Positions 25,647-38,041 of a stretch of DNA of 64,000 bases are shown here, piece by piece. Within the stretch, counting starts at the first letter, position 1; every line of letters begins with the position of its first letter. The DNA is from Callorhinchus milii. Lineage: Eukaryota. Location of the stretch: contig NW_024704742.1 of NCBI RefSeq assembly GCF_018977255.1, positions 92,196,001 through 92,260,000 on the forward strand. The letters run 5' to 3'. The notes under the pieces are model-generated. The model saw nothing but the letters and a program-made list of their open reading frames with translations. It had not been told where the DNA came from and made no database searches. Both the position numbers and the translations under genes were made by a program.

Positions 25647-26134
25647 TAAACTTTTCTTTAGATTCTTCAGTAGAACAGTAGACATTAAAGCTGTTTTACT
25701 GACTAAAGTTATCTAACTGATCTTATCACCATAACGCCTTTCTTTCCAAGTTGCCGATCTATGCTCATCATCATTTTATTTACTCTTAAGTATTGTGCTT
25801 GTCTCTCATTGCTTTTTAAACCTCTTGTCAAAATTAAACCCATTGTCATGAATTATAGCTGTTCCTCTCATCCCCAGTTGTCTTACATTTCATTTCATGT
25901 TCAGCTTTTTTTTAAAAAAACACTCAAAATCAACCTCATTTTAATGGGAAAAAAGGCAATTTCATTTATCTTGAATGCTAATTGCAGGCTTTCTATACCC
26001 AGAAAAATACAACACAAAATACACAATAAAGTCAGACAATGCACTCCAACTTATAAATATTGTATAATGTCACACTTGCAAAACACACTGAAAATATTAT
26101 AGAGACGCATCTTAAAATAGATCGAGCTGCTTAC

Positions 26135-26252
26135 CTTCGTGGAAACTACAAACATAGTGTACAAAAAGATGAGGTTGTGTCTAGTCATCGGAAGGTAATT
26201 CATTTCTTGTAAAGTAAAGAGGACAGCTCCAATTAGAGATACTTTTGTTGCA
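26135..26252 (-). CDS. TMEM38B: TMEM38B-like coding exon 5
   Basis: 118 nt, taatag|T ... AAG|gtaagc. Encodes (Y)ATKVSLIGAVLFTLQEMNYLPMTRHNLIFLYTMFVVSTK; HNL.FLYT.F.V.TK is TRIC-B-like. Confidence 0.93.
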
Positions 26253-29200
26253 CTATTAAGAAGAAATTGTATAAATTAATACATATTTAAACAAAAGTCC
26301 AATAAACATACCTATCAAATGATCAATGAACCAGATATACTACATGTTGCTTTAATTTTAGCCAAGAGAAAATTGATACATGAGAGTATTATTTTACCAA
26401 GTTTCCATTGGTCGCCAGCACACCTGGAAGAGCTAAATAGATTGTTGCGTTTGGAAGAGATAAATAATACTAATTGTTGTCTTTCACAGCTGGAACAGAC
26501 TTCCAAAGATTTAAAAATTGAAACAAGAGTTCAAATATAAATAAAATGTCTTGTCACAAATGTAAATAAAATGACACAGTAGGAGTCCATTCCCCTGATT
26601 TTTTCGTGTCAGTGTTCACTACTCCAAGAAGCTATCCATCCTAATCGAAAAATGTTCCCTTTTTTCCCCATATTTCTTAAAGCCTTCCTCTAACTTTTTT
26701 GAAAGCATATATTCGGCTCAGTTCTAACAGCAAACCCTGGCAAATTATTCCAAACCCTCTACTGCAAATCATGTACATGCATGTCTGCACATAGGTCTGT
26801 AATTCATTCAACTATAAATGAGCAAAAATTAAGCCAGCAGCTCACACTCGAGAAATGTACACTGTATTCCACAAATTCTCCTCCACCACTCTAAAAAGAG
26901 GCACTGATCTGAAAACACTACCAACTACATAACTGAGACATTCATTTTCACTACATATACAAGTGGGATTACACATTTCACGTATTACATACTTCACTGA
27001 ATTGCTGCTAATAATAGGAAGGATTAGACTTTATTTTAGTGCCTTAGATGGGAAGTGACTGTCTAAGCTTTGGGTACTAAATCTGCAGGCTGATACAAGA
27101 GTTGACAATTATTGGATTCAAATTGTGCCTTTTAGAACCATATAAATTTATAGCATAGAAAATAATAATAATCCTTGCATTTAATGTAGCGCCTTATCAC
27201 TTCTTTGAGACACCTCAAAGCACTTCATAGAATATACTGTAAAGTGAATTGACTGTATATTTTGTGGGCAAACATGGCAGCCAATTGCGCACAGCAATAT
27301 TCCAAACAGCCAAGAAGTAAATGACCAATTTTATTTGAAATTTGGAAATATGGAAAAACTCCCTTCTCTTTTCCAATAGTGCCATGTAATCTTTAACACC
27401 CATCTGAACAGGCAAGCACTGCGGGACACTACCCGCGTGAATACTGCTATATAAATGCAAGTTGTTGTTGTGGACTTCCGGGCATAGGGAATAAACACAA
27501 AACCTTCCAACACTGAAGCGAGAGTCAACTGCTAATCAATTTATTAATTCTCTGCACAGTCAAGTTATTCCCCCACTTCATAGAATCATGGAATTATACA
27601 GCACAGAAGGAGGTCCATCAGCCCATCGGATCTGTGCCGGCTCTTTTAAAAGAGCTATCCCAATCAATCCCACCTCCACGCTCTCTCCCATAGTCCTGCA
27701 AACATGTCCTCCCCAAATAATTATCTAAAATAATTGTACTCCTCGAATAATTATCTAAAAATTATCATGTCATACATGAAACGTGTAATACTATTTGCAT
27801 GTGAAGTGAAGAGATGCACCTGCAGTTTTGTGTAAAGAAAGTAGAAGAAATACCAAGTAACAGTAAGAGAATGAAGCACAACAAAATCAAAGCATCCATA
27901 GTCAACACAAAAATGGAAGTGAGCCAAAATATTACAACAACTGGCAAAGGGTTTCTAAGGACCTACATCTTCAAGTCAGTTTATAGCACAGAATTGACAA
28001 GATGCTTGTCATCGTGAGCTGTCAACTCAACAGAATCTTGTTCCATAAAGCAAGCTCCAGGAAGTTACTTTGCAAATGTCTTGAAAGGAACCTCTGCATG
28101 TAGCCCTAATAAATGGCTTATACACACAAAAGATGCGCTCCAACTCTCCCTGCTGATTCTCAAACTATCACAGATGCAGTATAAGCATGCAACTCCACGA
28201 CACAATTTGCCAACCTCTGTTTAGTAATAGACTGCCTGAAGGCTTGTACCTAAAGGGAGAAAAAAGCCTAGAGTAGCCAAAATAAACCTCACTCTATCTA
28301 CATTGCTTCCTTTCAGAATAAGAAATGTAAGGTGACAGATAAAATATTAGCATTGTGATTTTTTGATACAAATGAAACTCAAATAATCCTAGGGAAAAGG
28401 ACAGAAGGGGCTGTTATCTGTATTTGGAAGATAGTTGCTCGTAAGTGTAGGATATCTCTTTCACAAAGTAAAAGGCAATTAAGAAAGAAAGACTAATGAG
28501 TTAAAGACAGGAAGCAGGAAGGGAATGGAACAAATCAGTCTGGTTATGGTTAATGGATTGGAGTGCTCCCGAGTTACTAACATACCTGTGCTTTGCATTG
28601 AGAATTATTACAGTAAGCAATAAAGGTCATCAGATCTACAAGTTATTGAGTCTGTGTGAAATAATATTTTCTGAACTGTTTTTAATACAGTCCACATGAG
28701 CGATTATAATAACTAGCCTAAATGCCCATTAGCTGTACAATAGCATCCTGCTTATTCCACAATATCATTGAACAACAAAGTGAGAATCAATCCTTGTTTT
28801 GTAATCAATGAATGAGAGGTATGTTCAGAGTCGACATATTCAACCCCAGGGAATGATGCCTAAGCCGGAGTAGAGTTGATCACCAGCTGGTAAGCTTGGG
28901 TAGGGATAATCAAAATGCTGCACTAATAAATAACAGGAAAACTCAAAAGTTGTTGTCTGGTGTCAGACGATCTGCTGTTGCTGAAAGAAATACAAACTAA
29001 GGGAGCATTATAGAACCAGCTTTACATACAGCAAAGCAGCTCTTTGTGAGGTATTTCTTTCCTTGTGACTTATAAGTGAAGAAATTTAATTTCATAGCAC
29101 CTTATTACATCAAACATCTCAAAAGGGTTGCACAGCTAATTGCGATCAAAATGTAGAAAATTAAATGTTATCTACCCAATAACATTTGGTAACACTGCAA

Positions 29201-29452
29201 GTGTCAAACCTTGTAAAGTATCAGATCATCTTGATTGGTTGTAACACGAATTCAGGTTCTTTGGGAAGTAAGCTGCGACCAAGTATTTTGAAGTAAATTG
29301 TTTTGATATTTGCAATATTTGTAAATCCTGTAAGTAACTAAATTTCCAATAAGCTTGTACCATTGTTATTGTCAATCTTTGTCAATTTCCTTTCTCAAAG
29401 ACAGTTTACAACTGTTGATCAATTTAAATTCAACTTTGAACAAAATACATAC

Positions 29453-29540
29453 TAGGGCATTTTCAGCAACTGATTTTTCTCAGGCATCCAGACACCCCTG
29501 ACCAGTTGCTCAAAGTTAGACAGCAGACCAGAACCTGCAC
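29453..29540 (-). CDS. TMEM38B: TMEM38B-like coding exon 4
   Basis: 88 nt, ccatag|GT ... CCCTA|gtatgt. Encodes (G)AGSGLLSNFEQLVRGVWMPEKNQLLKMP(Y); phases fit exons 3 and 5. Translated by hand. Confidence 0.93.
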
Positions 29541-29814
29541 CTATGGAAACAGAAATTTTGCAATCAACAAATTATAATAAAGGTGTAATTTTTTCTTACA
29601 AATTATCACTTCACCTGCTGCAGTGAAACTAGTAAAACATACACAGAACAGTAAAACTCGCATAAGCCTTAACTTTATACATTGTATAATCACCTAAGTC
29701 ATACATGAATCCAAGTCCATCCAGTTTCCTTTCAAAACCACTATTTATTTGCACTAGTCATATGAATAATTTCCTAACTCGTAACGCTGCTCCCCCATCG
29801 TCCATTACTCCAGC

Positions 29815-30090
29815 ACTTACCAGTTGCATTCAATTCCAGGAAATGATGTTCTGATCCGTCAACACACCCACACATACTCGCCAGCTGCATTGAATCGCGG
29901 GAATTGTAGTCTTGATCCATCAACGCATGTGCAGAACAACTTCATTTCCCACGATTCAATGCGATTCCAATAAGGCGCACGTGGCGACAGGTCAAAACTA
30001 CATTTCTCGCAATTCGATGCAGCCACATGCACCCTGACCAGCTGTAGTGACGAAGAACCCCATGCACATTTACCAGTTGCATTGAACGCA
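29815..30090. promoter_or_regulatory. Cluster of ZNF143/THAP11-type motifs with CCAAT and E-box; candidate intronic promoter
   Basis: GACTACAATTCCCGCGATTCAATGC (-, 29887-29911), AACTTCATTTCCCACGATTCAATGCG (+, 29938-29963), AACTACATTTCTCGCAATTCGATGC (+, 29996-30020), a weaker copy (-, 29826-29850), CCAAT 29967-29971 and CACGTG 29978-29983. Locally CpG-rich. Confidence 0.5.
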
Positions 30091-31149
30091 GAGTGAAGAT
30101 TATTGATTAAATCTGATTTTATATACAAATTGTACAAATTTGCCTGTAATTCAGACTTCACACAAGCTTTATTAAATGTTATTATGGTCCAGAATGATAC
30201 GACTTGTGAGTTTTGCAGTATTAATCTGCCAAAAATAGGAAGATAACCAAGCAAAAATTCTTATAATTTTCAATCTTAATTTCATCTGAAGATCATTATG
30301 CAAACTATAATTGTGTTTGGTCATGCAAGGAATCTGACACCAGTCACCACATGCACAGCAATTGCCCACAAACAGCGACAAAGTAAATCACACAGACCCC
30401 AAGAGAAACTCCCTTCTCTCCCTGATGATTCTCAAAGCTATCACAGATGTAGAACAAGCACGCACACTTCAAAGTCCCAATGCGAGGGTTCAACCCACAA
30501 CCTTCTACCTCACAATACTAACAGCTGAGTCAGGTTGACTGACAGTTTCATCATATCTCGGCAAAAGCCAAGGCTTGGGGCCTTGGAATATGCACCGGGA
30601 TAATGTTAGTTATACCAGTTTACCACTCTGAATACTGGCAAACGTTTCTGCTGCTTATCCAGGTATAAATTCAGTTAGTTCTTTGGCTTTTTACAGGATT
30701 AACAAGTGCCAGGTGAGAATAGCAGCCCCCAGTAACTGATCTGCTCCTTCAAGTCCACTAATATGCTAGGACAATAGTTTGATCCATCATTAACACAGCA
30801 AGGGCACTCTGCCCCTGCTTTGATACAAGACTACTTAGACCATTAGAGAGGAATGCCTCAATTCTGATCAGCTATTGCTAAGGGTGTTATATTGAAGCCA
30901 TCCTACCCCCCCAGTAACCTATCAATTATGTCTGAACATAAAAAACTGATAGAATGAGTTGCACAAATATGGCTCAAGTTGTACAAGTTTAGCTCAAATA
31001 TACACCCAACTTACTATGTAGAGTAAATCCTTTTACCTTCAACACATCAAGTAACTTGGTGATATTTTCCAATACGTAAACTTGCAAAACAGGTCTCAAT
31101 AAAAAAAAACTGGATGAATTTTACATCCTCAAGAAAAAAGTCCTCTTAC

Positions 31150-31334
31150 CTTTAGCCCATCCAACAGCTATCATGGCAAGCCACCCATTTCTGTAGCGGC
31201 TGTGTGCATCCATTACACCTCCAACTATTTTGCGGGCCCTGGTTACTTCTTTCATACCAGCTATAAACAACTTAGAAGGTAAAAAATTGCAGCACTTGTA
31301 GAACTTGTCATATGGACAGTAGAATATCAAATAC
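31150..31334 (-). CDS. TMEM38B: TMEM38B-like coding exon 3
   Basis: 185 nt, ttttag|G ... AAAG|gtaaga. Encodes YLIFYCPYDKFYKCCNFLPSKLFIAGMKEVTRARKIVGGVMDAHSRYRNGWLAMIAVGWAK(G); GMKEVTR, KIVGGV and NGW are TRIC-B-type. Confidence 0.95.
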
Positions 31335-34300
31335 CTAAAAATGTTGAAAAGCCAGAATAAGAAATATGGGAGGGATTCATTTCAAGACAAGGCCATTTAC
31401 AATAGTTTGCTAAAGGAATCTAATAAATTTTAATCTTATCTAGATTATCTAGATATTATGTTTCCAAACAAATTACGATAATTATTTGACTTCCATTCCA
31501 ATAGTTACTTTTTAACCACAGTATACTGAATAAAAATAAAATGGTTCATAAATCTAAATTAGAGTATAATTATTGAAAATATTTGTCCATAATTATATGC
31601 ACTAAGCCACATCTTGCCACATAAATATACATTATTCTTTTCTAGATGCTATCGTTAGACTAAATAGCTGATATTGCAATCTAATTTTAATTCAGATGAG
31701 AATAAAATGAATGAAAGCGATAAATAAATTGAATACATTACAGGAACTTTAATCAAAACTGTTGACTCAAAAAACTGTCTTTTACCAAATCAATTGATAA
31801 TACCTGTGACTGAAAGCAAGAGCGAATCTAATTAAGCAAGACAAGACACGACAAGATCCAAGTATATTTTTGCGTCAGTTTGCTTTTGATCAATTTTTCT
31901 TCATCAAATGCCATTTCTGTGGGCATTGACCACCAGTGCATTCTATACAGTATGCAGTTTTCTAATTACAACTCTAATTATAATATGCATATAAAGGGAT
32001 TAAAAATTGCAACAGTTGTTAACTGTGTATGAAGTCAGTCATTTCGTCATCACTATTTTGAACTCTCATCTGCTCCCAGATCTCATGACTGCTTAGGTTG
32101 CTGTAAATTATAATTCCATTCAATGACATTTTCCTCACCCTTGCGTCACTATTACACTCAAAAGGAATACTTCCCACTATCAAAGTCACAAATGTGGAAT
32201 GTGAGAAGTTGCAGATTTACATTTTTTATAAACTGCTTAAACTTATAGTTTAATAAGCTACAAAACTCCCATTACAGCCTTGTAATACATTATATGTATA
32301 CATCATGTAAAAAACATGCACTGATATAGCTTTCTTCATAACACTTCGCAGACACCATATGGATCATCAAGCAAGATGGGAAGAGATGGATAAACGAGAC
32401 TGTTAACTAAAAGTGAACAGTGAAAAAGGAAGTTTTGAAGGCAGGAAGAGAAGGTCCAGAGAAAAGGGATCTTTTAGACTTCTACATCGCGGGGTGTATG
32501 GTAGCTGAAATATCAGCCACTTCACACTCTTGGAGCAAAATGTGTGAGGAGGAGAATGGGGCTATAGGAAATTACAAAGGTAGAATGGGGCAAAAGCATG
32601 GAGGGATTTGAAGGTCACAATAAGGTTCTTAGAGTTGATCCGCTAGAGACAATGGAATATGGCAAAGATGGGTGATATGCACCATATGTGTAAGGGCATT
32701 TCATTATAGCAACAAGTACACTATAAATCTTAACACAATGAAACACTGGTTTTCAAAAAATTATGAGGGACATGGATGAAATTGTCACCTATTACTACAC
32801 TGCTTTTAGATTGCAATCAGTATCATCTTCTCACTGCACCAAAAAAATTGGTAGATTATTTACCGTCCGTTGTCTTTACTCTTTGAATGAAGTTCAAGCT
32901 TCACATAGAAATAGGAAAGCTCCTCTACCAATAGAGTGGAAGGGAAGGAAAACATTGGGTAGGGAAAGAGGAAAAAATCATTCTCAGAAACAGTTTCCTT
33001 TAAACGTTGACACTTTGAGATTCAGGTGATCCAACCCAGCATAATTTTGACTGCATGCACATTAGTTCTTATCTAGCAAAAGCTACAAATAATTCAATTT
33101 CAATGTACAGGATAGTAATTAACTAGTGATAATCAACAATCAGAATGTGATAGCTGACAAAAATACATTTGAAAGCTGAATAAGCATTGTAGAAACATTA
33201 AAAAATGTGGTGTGGGAGTACTACCTTTAAAAAAAACTCCCAAATTTTGCTGGATCGTAAATGTAGATGAATAACAACTGGGAGGAAGTTATATCTGTGG
33301 AGGTTGAACTTCATACAAACAATGAGGAAAACTTCAGAAACAGTGATTAATATACCATTCTTCCTCATTGATTCATTCATTCAACCTCCACATTCAAATA
33401 TGAAGTAAACAGCAATGCAAATTATAGTACTGGAGGTAGGTGTTTCAAGAGTCTTACCTTCAGGCCAGTTGAGTACCAGCCTGTCATCCTGAGAAGAGTT
33501 CAAAATCGTAAAACTTTCAGAAACAATGAAGACTCCAAGATGTTATCTTATTGTCTATATAGCAATTCTGCATTAGTTTACAGAAGTAGTCATGACCACT
33601 GCACTGCATATAATATCCTCCAGCCTTCCCTTGACATTACTATCACCCAGTAAACAAATAAGAAGCACGCCACCATCCAATTTGACAACATCTAAGTAAG
33701 AGATTTCCAAATCTCTCAAATGAGTGATAAGACCCTATATCAAATGCAATGATTATTATTCTTATTGTTACTATTAAGAGTTGGTATGTATAATATAAAT
33801 AGGAAAACTACATTCTACAAAGTTACAAAGCATTAGACTTTCAGAAATGTTGGGAACATTTAGCTTTTAAGATTTCATAGTAAGCTTTTAAAAAGTAAGG
33901 ACATTGGCGTATGTGAAACAAGTTTTGTTTCTGTATCTTGTAGGTTTGGTTAATCTAAGAAAATTAATTGTTTCAATAAAGAATATTCCAAGTAACCTTT
34001 ACAGTAAGCGTTGGTCCAGATGTTAAATCTACAATAATGCTTATATGATACAAAAAAATTTTATATTGCGCCTTTCTCTGTTGGGAGGATGTCTCAAAGC
34101 GCTTCATAGGATTTACTGTAATGAAAGCAAACAATGGCCACTTCTTCTGGGAGGTTGTTCACTGGGACTCTTGAGAGAAATTCCCTTCACTTGTCAAATA
34201 GTCCCTTTGGATGCTTAATGTCTACCATGTTTTTAATTAAAAANTATTTTCTAGACTTTTAGTATAATTTTTTTTATGTAACAAAAGTACTAAAGTGTAT

Positions 34301-34819
34301 GCCAACAACACAAATATAGAAAATCACCTAATTTTTAAGGTCATTTTCACTCTTCAAATCATAGGCATCTTGCATACACAGATGAAAAGGCTGTCTATCA
34401 CAGAGAAGTTGGAGAAATCATGGTGCAATAACCCTACATAACTCTTCGACTCTTCTATTGAACGTGAGGTAGGGTTCCCTTGTGGACCTTTAATTTCTTT
34501 TATTAATACTAATTTGAAAGAGCATTAAGCGCTCTGTGAAAGAGAAGAGAATCTAGCATATGGAAGATGCCCGATTCAAATAGAGGCAACCCAATGTTAA
34601 ATAATTTTCATTTCTCTTTCATTTTGTTATTTTAGACATTCTCCATTGCTGCTGATTATAAAATGTGATGACGTCTTCAAGAGTGAACTAGATAAATATT
34701 TAAAAGGAGCAAATTGCAGGGATATTGGGGAAAAGGCAGCTAAATGATTCTCCCGACAGGGAAAGGCGCTATATCAATTTTTTTTTGCATCAAATAAGCA
34801 TTATTGTATGCATTATTGT

Positions 34820-36090
34820 CACTCCCTTTACGAACCCCTCCCACAGCATGGAAACACCCCTTGTCAAGGTGACAAATGACATTTTGTCCATCTGTGACCA
34901 GGGCTCCCTCTGTCTCCTCGTCCTCTCTGCCGACTTTGACAACGTGGACCACTCTATCCTCCTTCATCGCCTCTCCTCAACCTTCAAGGTTCTGTCCTTG
35001 AATGATTAAAATCTATCTCTCACACTTTGTCTCCACAACTGCTTCTAGTCCACACCTCGGTCCTCTCCTCTTCAACCTGTACATACTCCCTCTTGGTGAC
35101 ATCTTCCGCAGACATGGGGTCAACTTCCACATACACAGATGACATCCAATTCTACCTCTCTGCCTTCATCCTCGATTCCAGGACTACTGACGTGCTGACA
35201 AACTGCCTGTCAGACATCAAGTCCTGGATGAGAGCCAGCTTTCTACAGTTGAACATCAGTTCAGAACAACTAGGTTCTCCCGATTGGCTGACGCCAGCGC
35301 CTCCGCACCTCAGGCACTGGCAGCATCAGCATCCACGAATACACACTCCACCTCACCAAGCCAGTCAGGAACCTGGGCATCTTGTTCGACCCTCAACTGT
35401 TCTTTCTCCCCCACATCTGTGCCATGACACACTCTGCCTTACCCCAGTCCGCAACATTACCCGACTCAGCCACTGCTTCACCCCTCAGGCTGCCAAAACC
35501 TCATACATGCCTTCATTACATCAGGCTCGCCTATGTCAACTCCCTGCTTGGCAGCTTTCCCAACTCTTCCCTCCACAAGCAACAGATCATCCAGAACTCT
35601 GCAGCTCATGTCCTCTCCCACGCCAGGCTCCAGGACCTCATCACACCCAACCTCGCCTGGTTTTACTGGCTGCCCATCCCTCAAGAGGATCGAGTTCAAA
35701 ATTCTCGTCTTCACCTTCAAGGCCCTCCGTGGCCTTGCTCCTTCCTACGTTTCTGACCTGCTAACTCTTATCATCCCATCCGCTCTCTCCGCTCAGCAGG
35801 CTCCGGCCTGCTCCATGTCCCCCACCCTGCCCACCATCAGCAGTCAGGCCTCCAGCCTCTCTGCCCCCACTTTCTGGAACTCCACCCCATATTCCCTTCG
35901 CTCCCTCCCTTGCCTCCTTCAAAGCATGCCTCAAGACATTCCTCTTTGACTGTGCACTTTGGCCACTCCTACCTTCTACCCTCCCTGATCCCAGCCACCC
36001 CCCCCCAGTCGGGTCCCAATCCCTGACTATTCAGCGCCTTGGACGTTCTTCCGATGCGGAAGGCGCTTTACAAATGTAATTTTGTATTGC
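34820..36090 (+). mobile_element. L2 LINE 3' portion
   Basis: Encodes [39 protein letters not shown] and IIQNSAA, then the L2 3' end. Confidence 0.92.
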
Positions 36091-36155
36091 AAATGGGATT
36101 GAATGGATTACTTTTTCAGAGAGGTTGCACAAACATGATGGGGTAAGTTGCCTCG

Positions 36156-36520
36156 TGGAGTCCTGTAGCTTGGTGGTTAGAGCACTCGCCTCGCAAACGA
36201 GAGGACCTGGGTTCAATTCCCGGGGAGGGCGAAACTTTGGGCAAGTTTCCTTACGCCACACACCTCTGTTAACCTAGCAGCAAGTAGGAACCCGGTCGTT
36301 AGTCGATTGGTGGATCGCTTTTCTGGGGGTAATAATTCCTTCGAAAAAAAAATTGGTCTTTCTATCCATGACTGTTTGTGGGACACTGATGTAGACAATT
36401 GGCTGCTGCGTTTCGCCCACAAATATACAGTCAATTCACGTCACAGTATATTCTGTGAAGCATCTTGAGATCTCGAAGACACGATAAGGTGATATATCAA
36501 ATGCAAGGATTATTATATTA
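36156..36520 (+). mobile_element. Full-length tRNA-derived SINE
   Basis: A and B boxes (GTAGCTTGGTGGTTAGAGC; GGTTCAATTCC), family body, tail atcaaatgcaaggattatt. Confidence 0.88.
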
Positions 36521-37409
36521 TGCTATAAATTTCTATGGTTTCTATCCTATAGAGGATAGACTCCAGCCTTCATAATTGACTTAAAGTGTCCATTGTCTAT
36601 GCAAATTTTGATAATAAGGTTTAATTTAAAGTATGACTTAACAAGAAAGACTTTAGCAATATTAATTGCTTAATAAAGATTCTGAGTCACAAAAATGGTC
36701 TATCGTGCAGGGCAGGAGGCAGACTGCACCATTCATGCGGCTCACAGACTAAATCACTGCACGACAAACTGATACCGACAGCATAAAATTCTTAGTCTGC
36801 TGTTAATCTTTTGTTAAGATAATCCCACTAGGTATAGGTGAAGAAGCCAGAAGCTATCTGAAAAAAACACTTCATCATGTTGCAATGGGTGGTCTGACGC
36901 ACAATCTCAGTGATAGCATTCTCGCCTCCGAGTCAGAAAGTTGTTGGTGGTTCAAGCTCCACGTCGGGACGAGAAAAGAGAAGGGAGTTTCTCCCAGTGT
37001 CTTGACCAACAATCTCTCCAATATAAAAATGGGTCACTCACTCCATGGCTGTTTGCATGACATTGCTGTGTGTAACTGGCTTACAAATATGATGTATATG
37101 AATGTAAAGTACATGAATGTCACTAATACTGTGTGGAATTTCTGGGAACCAACTTTTAGTTGAAAATTAGTTGAGGACCAACAGCCAATGATAAAAAAAA
37201 GGAAGAGTCCTAAGAGAGCCTGGTCTTATATATAGGACCGATGTTTAGACACCACAGAGATCAAAAATGTGTTAAAGGGAGTTTTTCCCCTTCTCCAGTT
37301 TCCCAGCATCTCAATATTGGTGCAGTCTTGTTCCAGTGATGTGTGGAGGATGTTGAGAAAGAATTACATTGTTTTAAGTGTATTTATTATAATAACAACA
37401 ATATTATAA

Positions 37410-37775
37410 CCCTCGACTTCAAGATTCTCACTCTCATGTTCAAATCCATTCACTCCCTGGCACCTCCCTACGTCTCCAACCTCCTCACTTCCCACTCCAC
37501 CATCTGGCGCCACTGCTCGACTGGCACCGACCTCTTGCTCGTCCCTTGCACCCTCAGCCCCACCATCGCAGGTCGTGCTTTCAGCCACTACACCCCAAAA
37601 ACACTCGGGAACACTCTCCCTCAATCCCTCCACCTTGTTCCCTCCCTCCCCTCTTTCAAGTCCCACCTGAAACCTTTCCTGTTCAACTGTGCTTACAGCC
37701 ACCTCCCCCCTCCCTCTGGGTCGGAGTCAGACTCCGCCACTGTTAAGCGCTCTGAGACGCTACCCTGGGTGGAGG
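37410..37775 (+). mobile_element. L2 3' fragment (older subfamily)
   Basis: Encodes DFKILTLMFKSIHSLAPPYVSNLL...GRAFS...FKSHLK. Confidence 0.8.
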
Positions 37776-37884
37776 GCACTAGGAGTGTAAGGTGGTGTTG
37801 TTGTCATTATTATTTGATTAAAATAATGAATGCAACTTTTATTTATAAAAAAGTTAAAAGCTACCAAAAGTAATTTACACTTAC

Positions 37885-38041
37885 CAAATTACTGAAGCCA
37901 GGATTATATTTCTGTTGTTTGTGAAAGACTCAATAGGAGGTTCCCCTAGGAGTAAAGATGCCAGAATCGATCCACCAAAACAGCAAAGCATACCACTGAA
38001 CCAACATGCAATAGGGCTTCGATGTGCAACATCTACTGCTC
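37885..38041 (-). CDS. TMEM38B: TRIC channel (TMEM38B-like) coding exon 2
   Basis: 157 nt, ttccag|GA acceptor and TG|gtaagt donor. Encodes (G)AVDVAHRSPIACWFSGMLCCFGGSILASLLLGEPPIESFTNNRNIILASVIW, matching the TMEM38 CFGG.IL/LLL.EP pattern. Confidence 0.93.

Noticed and set aside
29859..30254. 131-aa minus-strand ORF over the ZNF143-like cluster
   Set aside because: Non-ATG start, no homology recognised; better explained as non-coding motif repeats.
33457..33495. Strong donor AAG|GTAAGA in intron 2
   Set aside because: Exons 2 and 3 already join in phase with the expected sizes; no TRIC-like coding sequence here.
35027..35764. 245-aa ORF as a host gene
   Set aside because: It is a frameshifted L2 ORF2 remnant.
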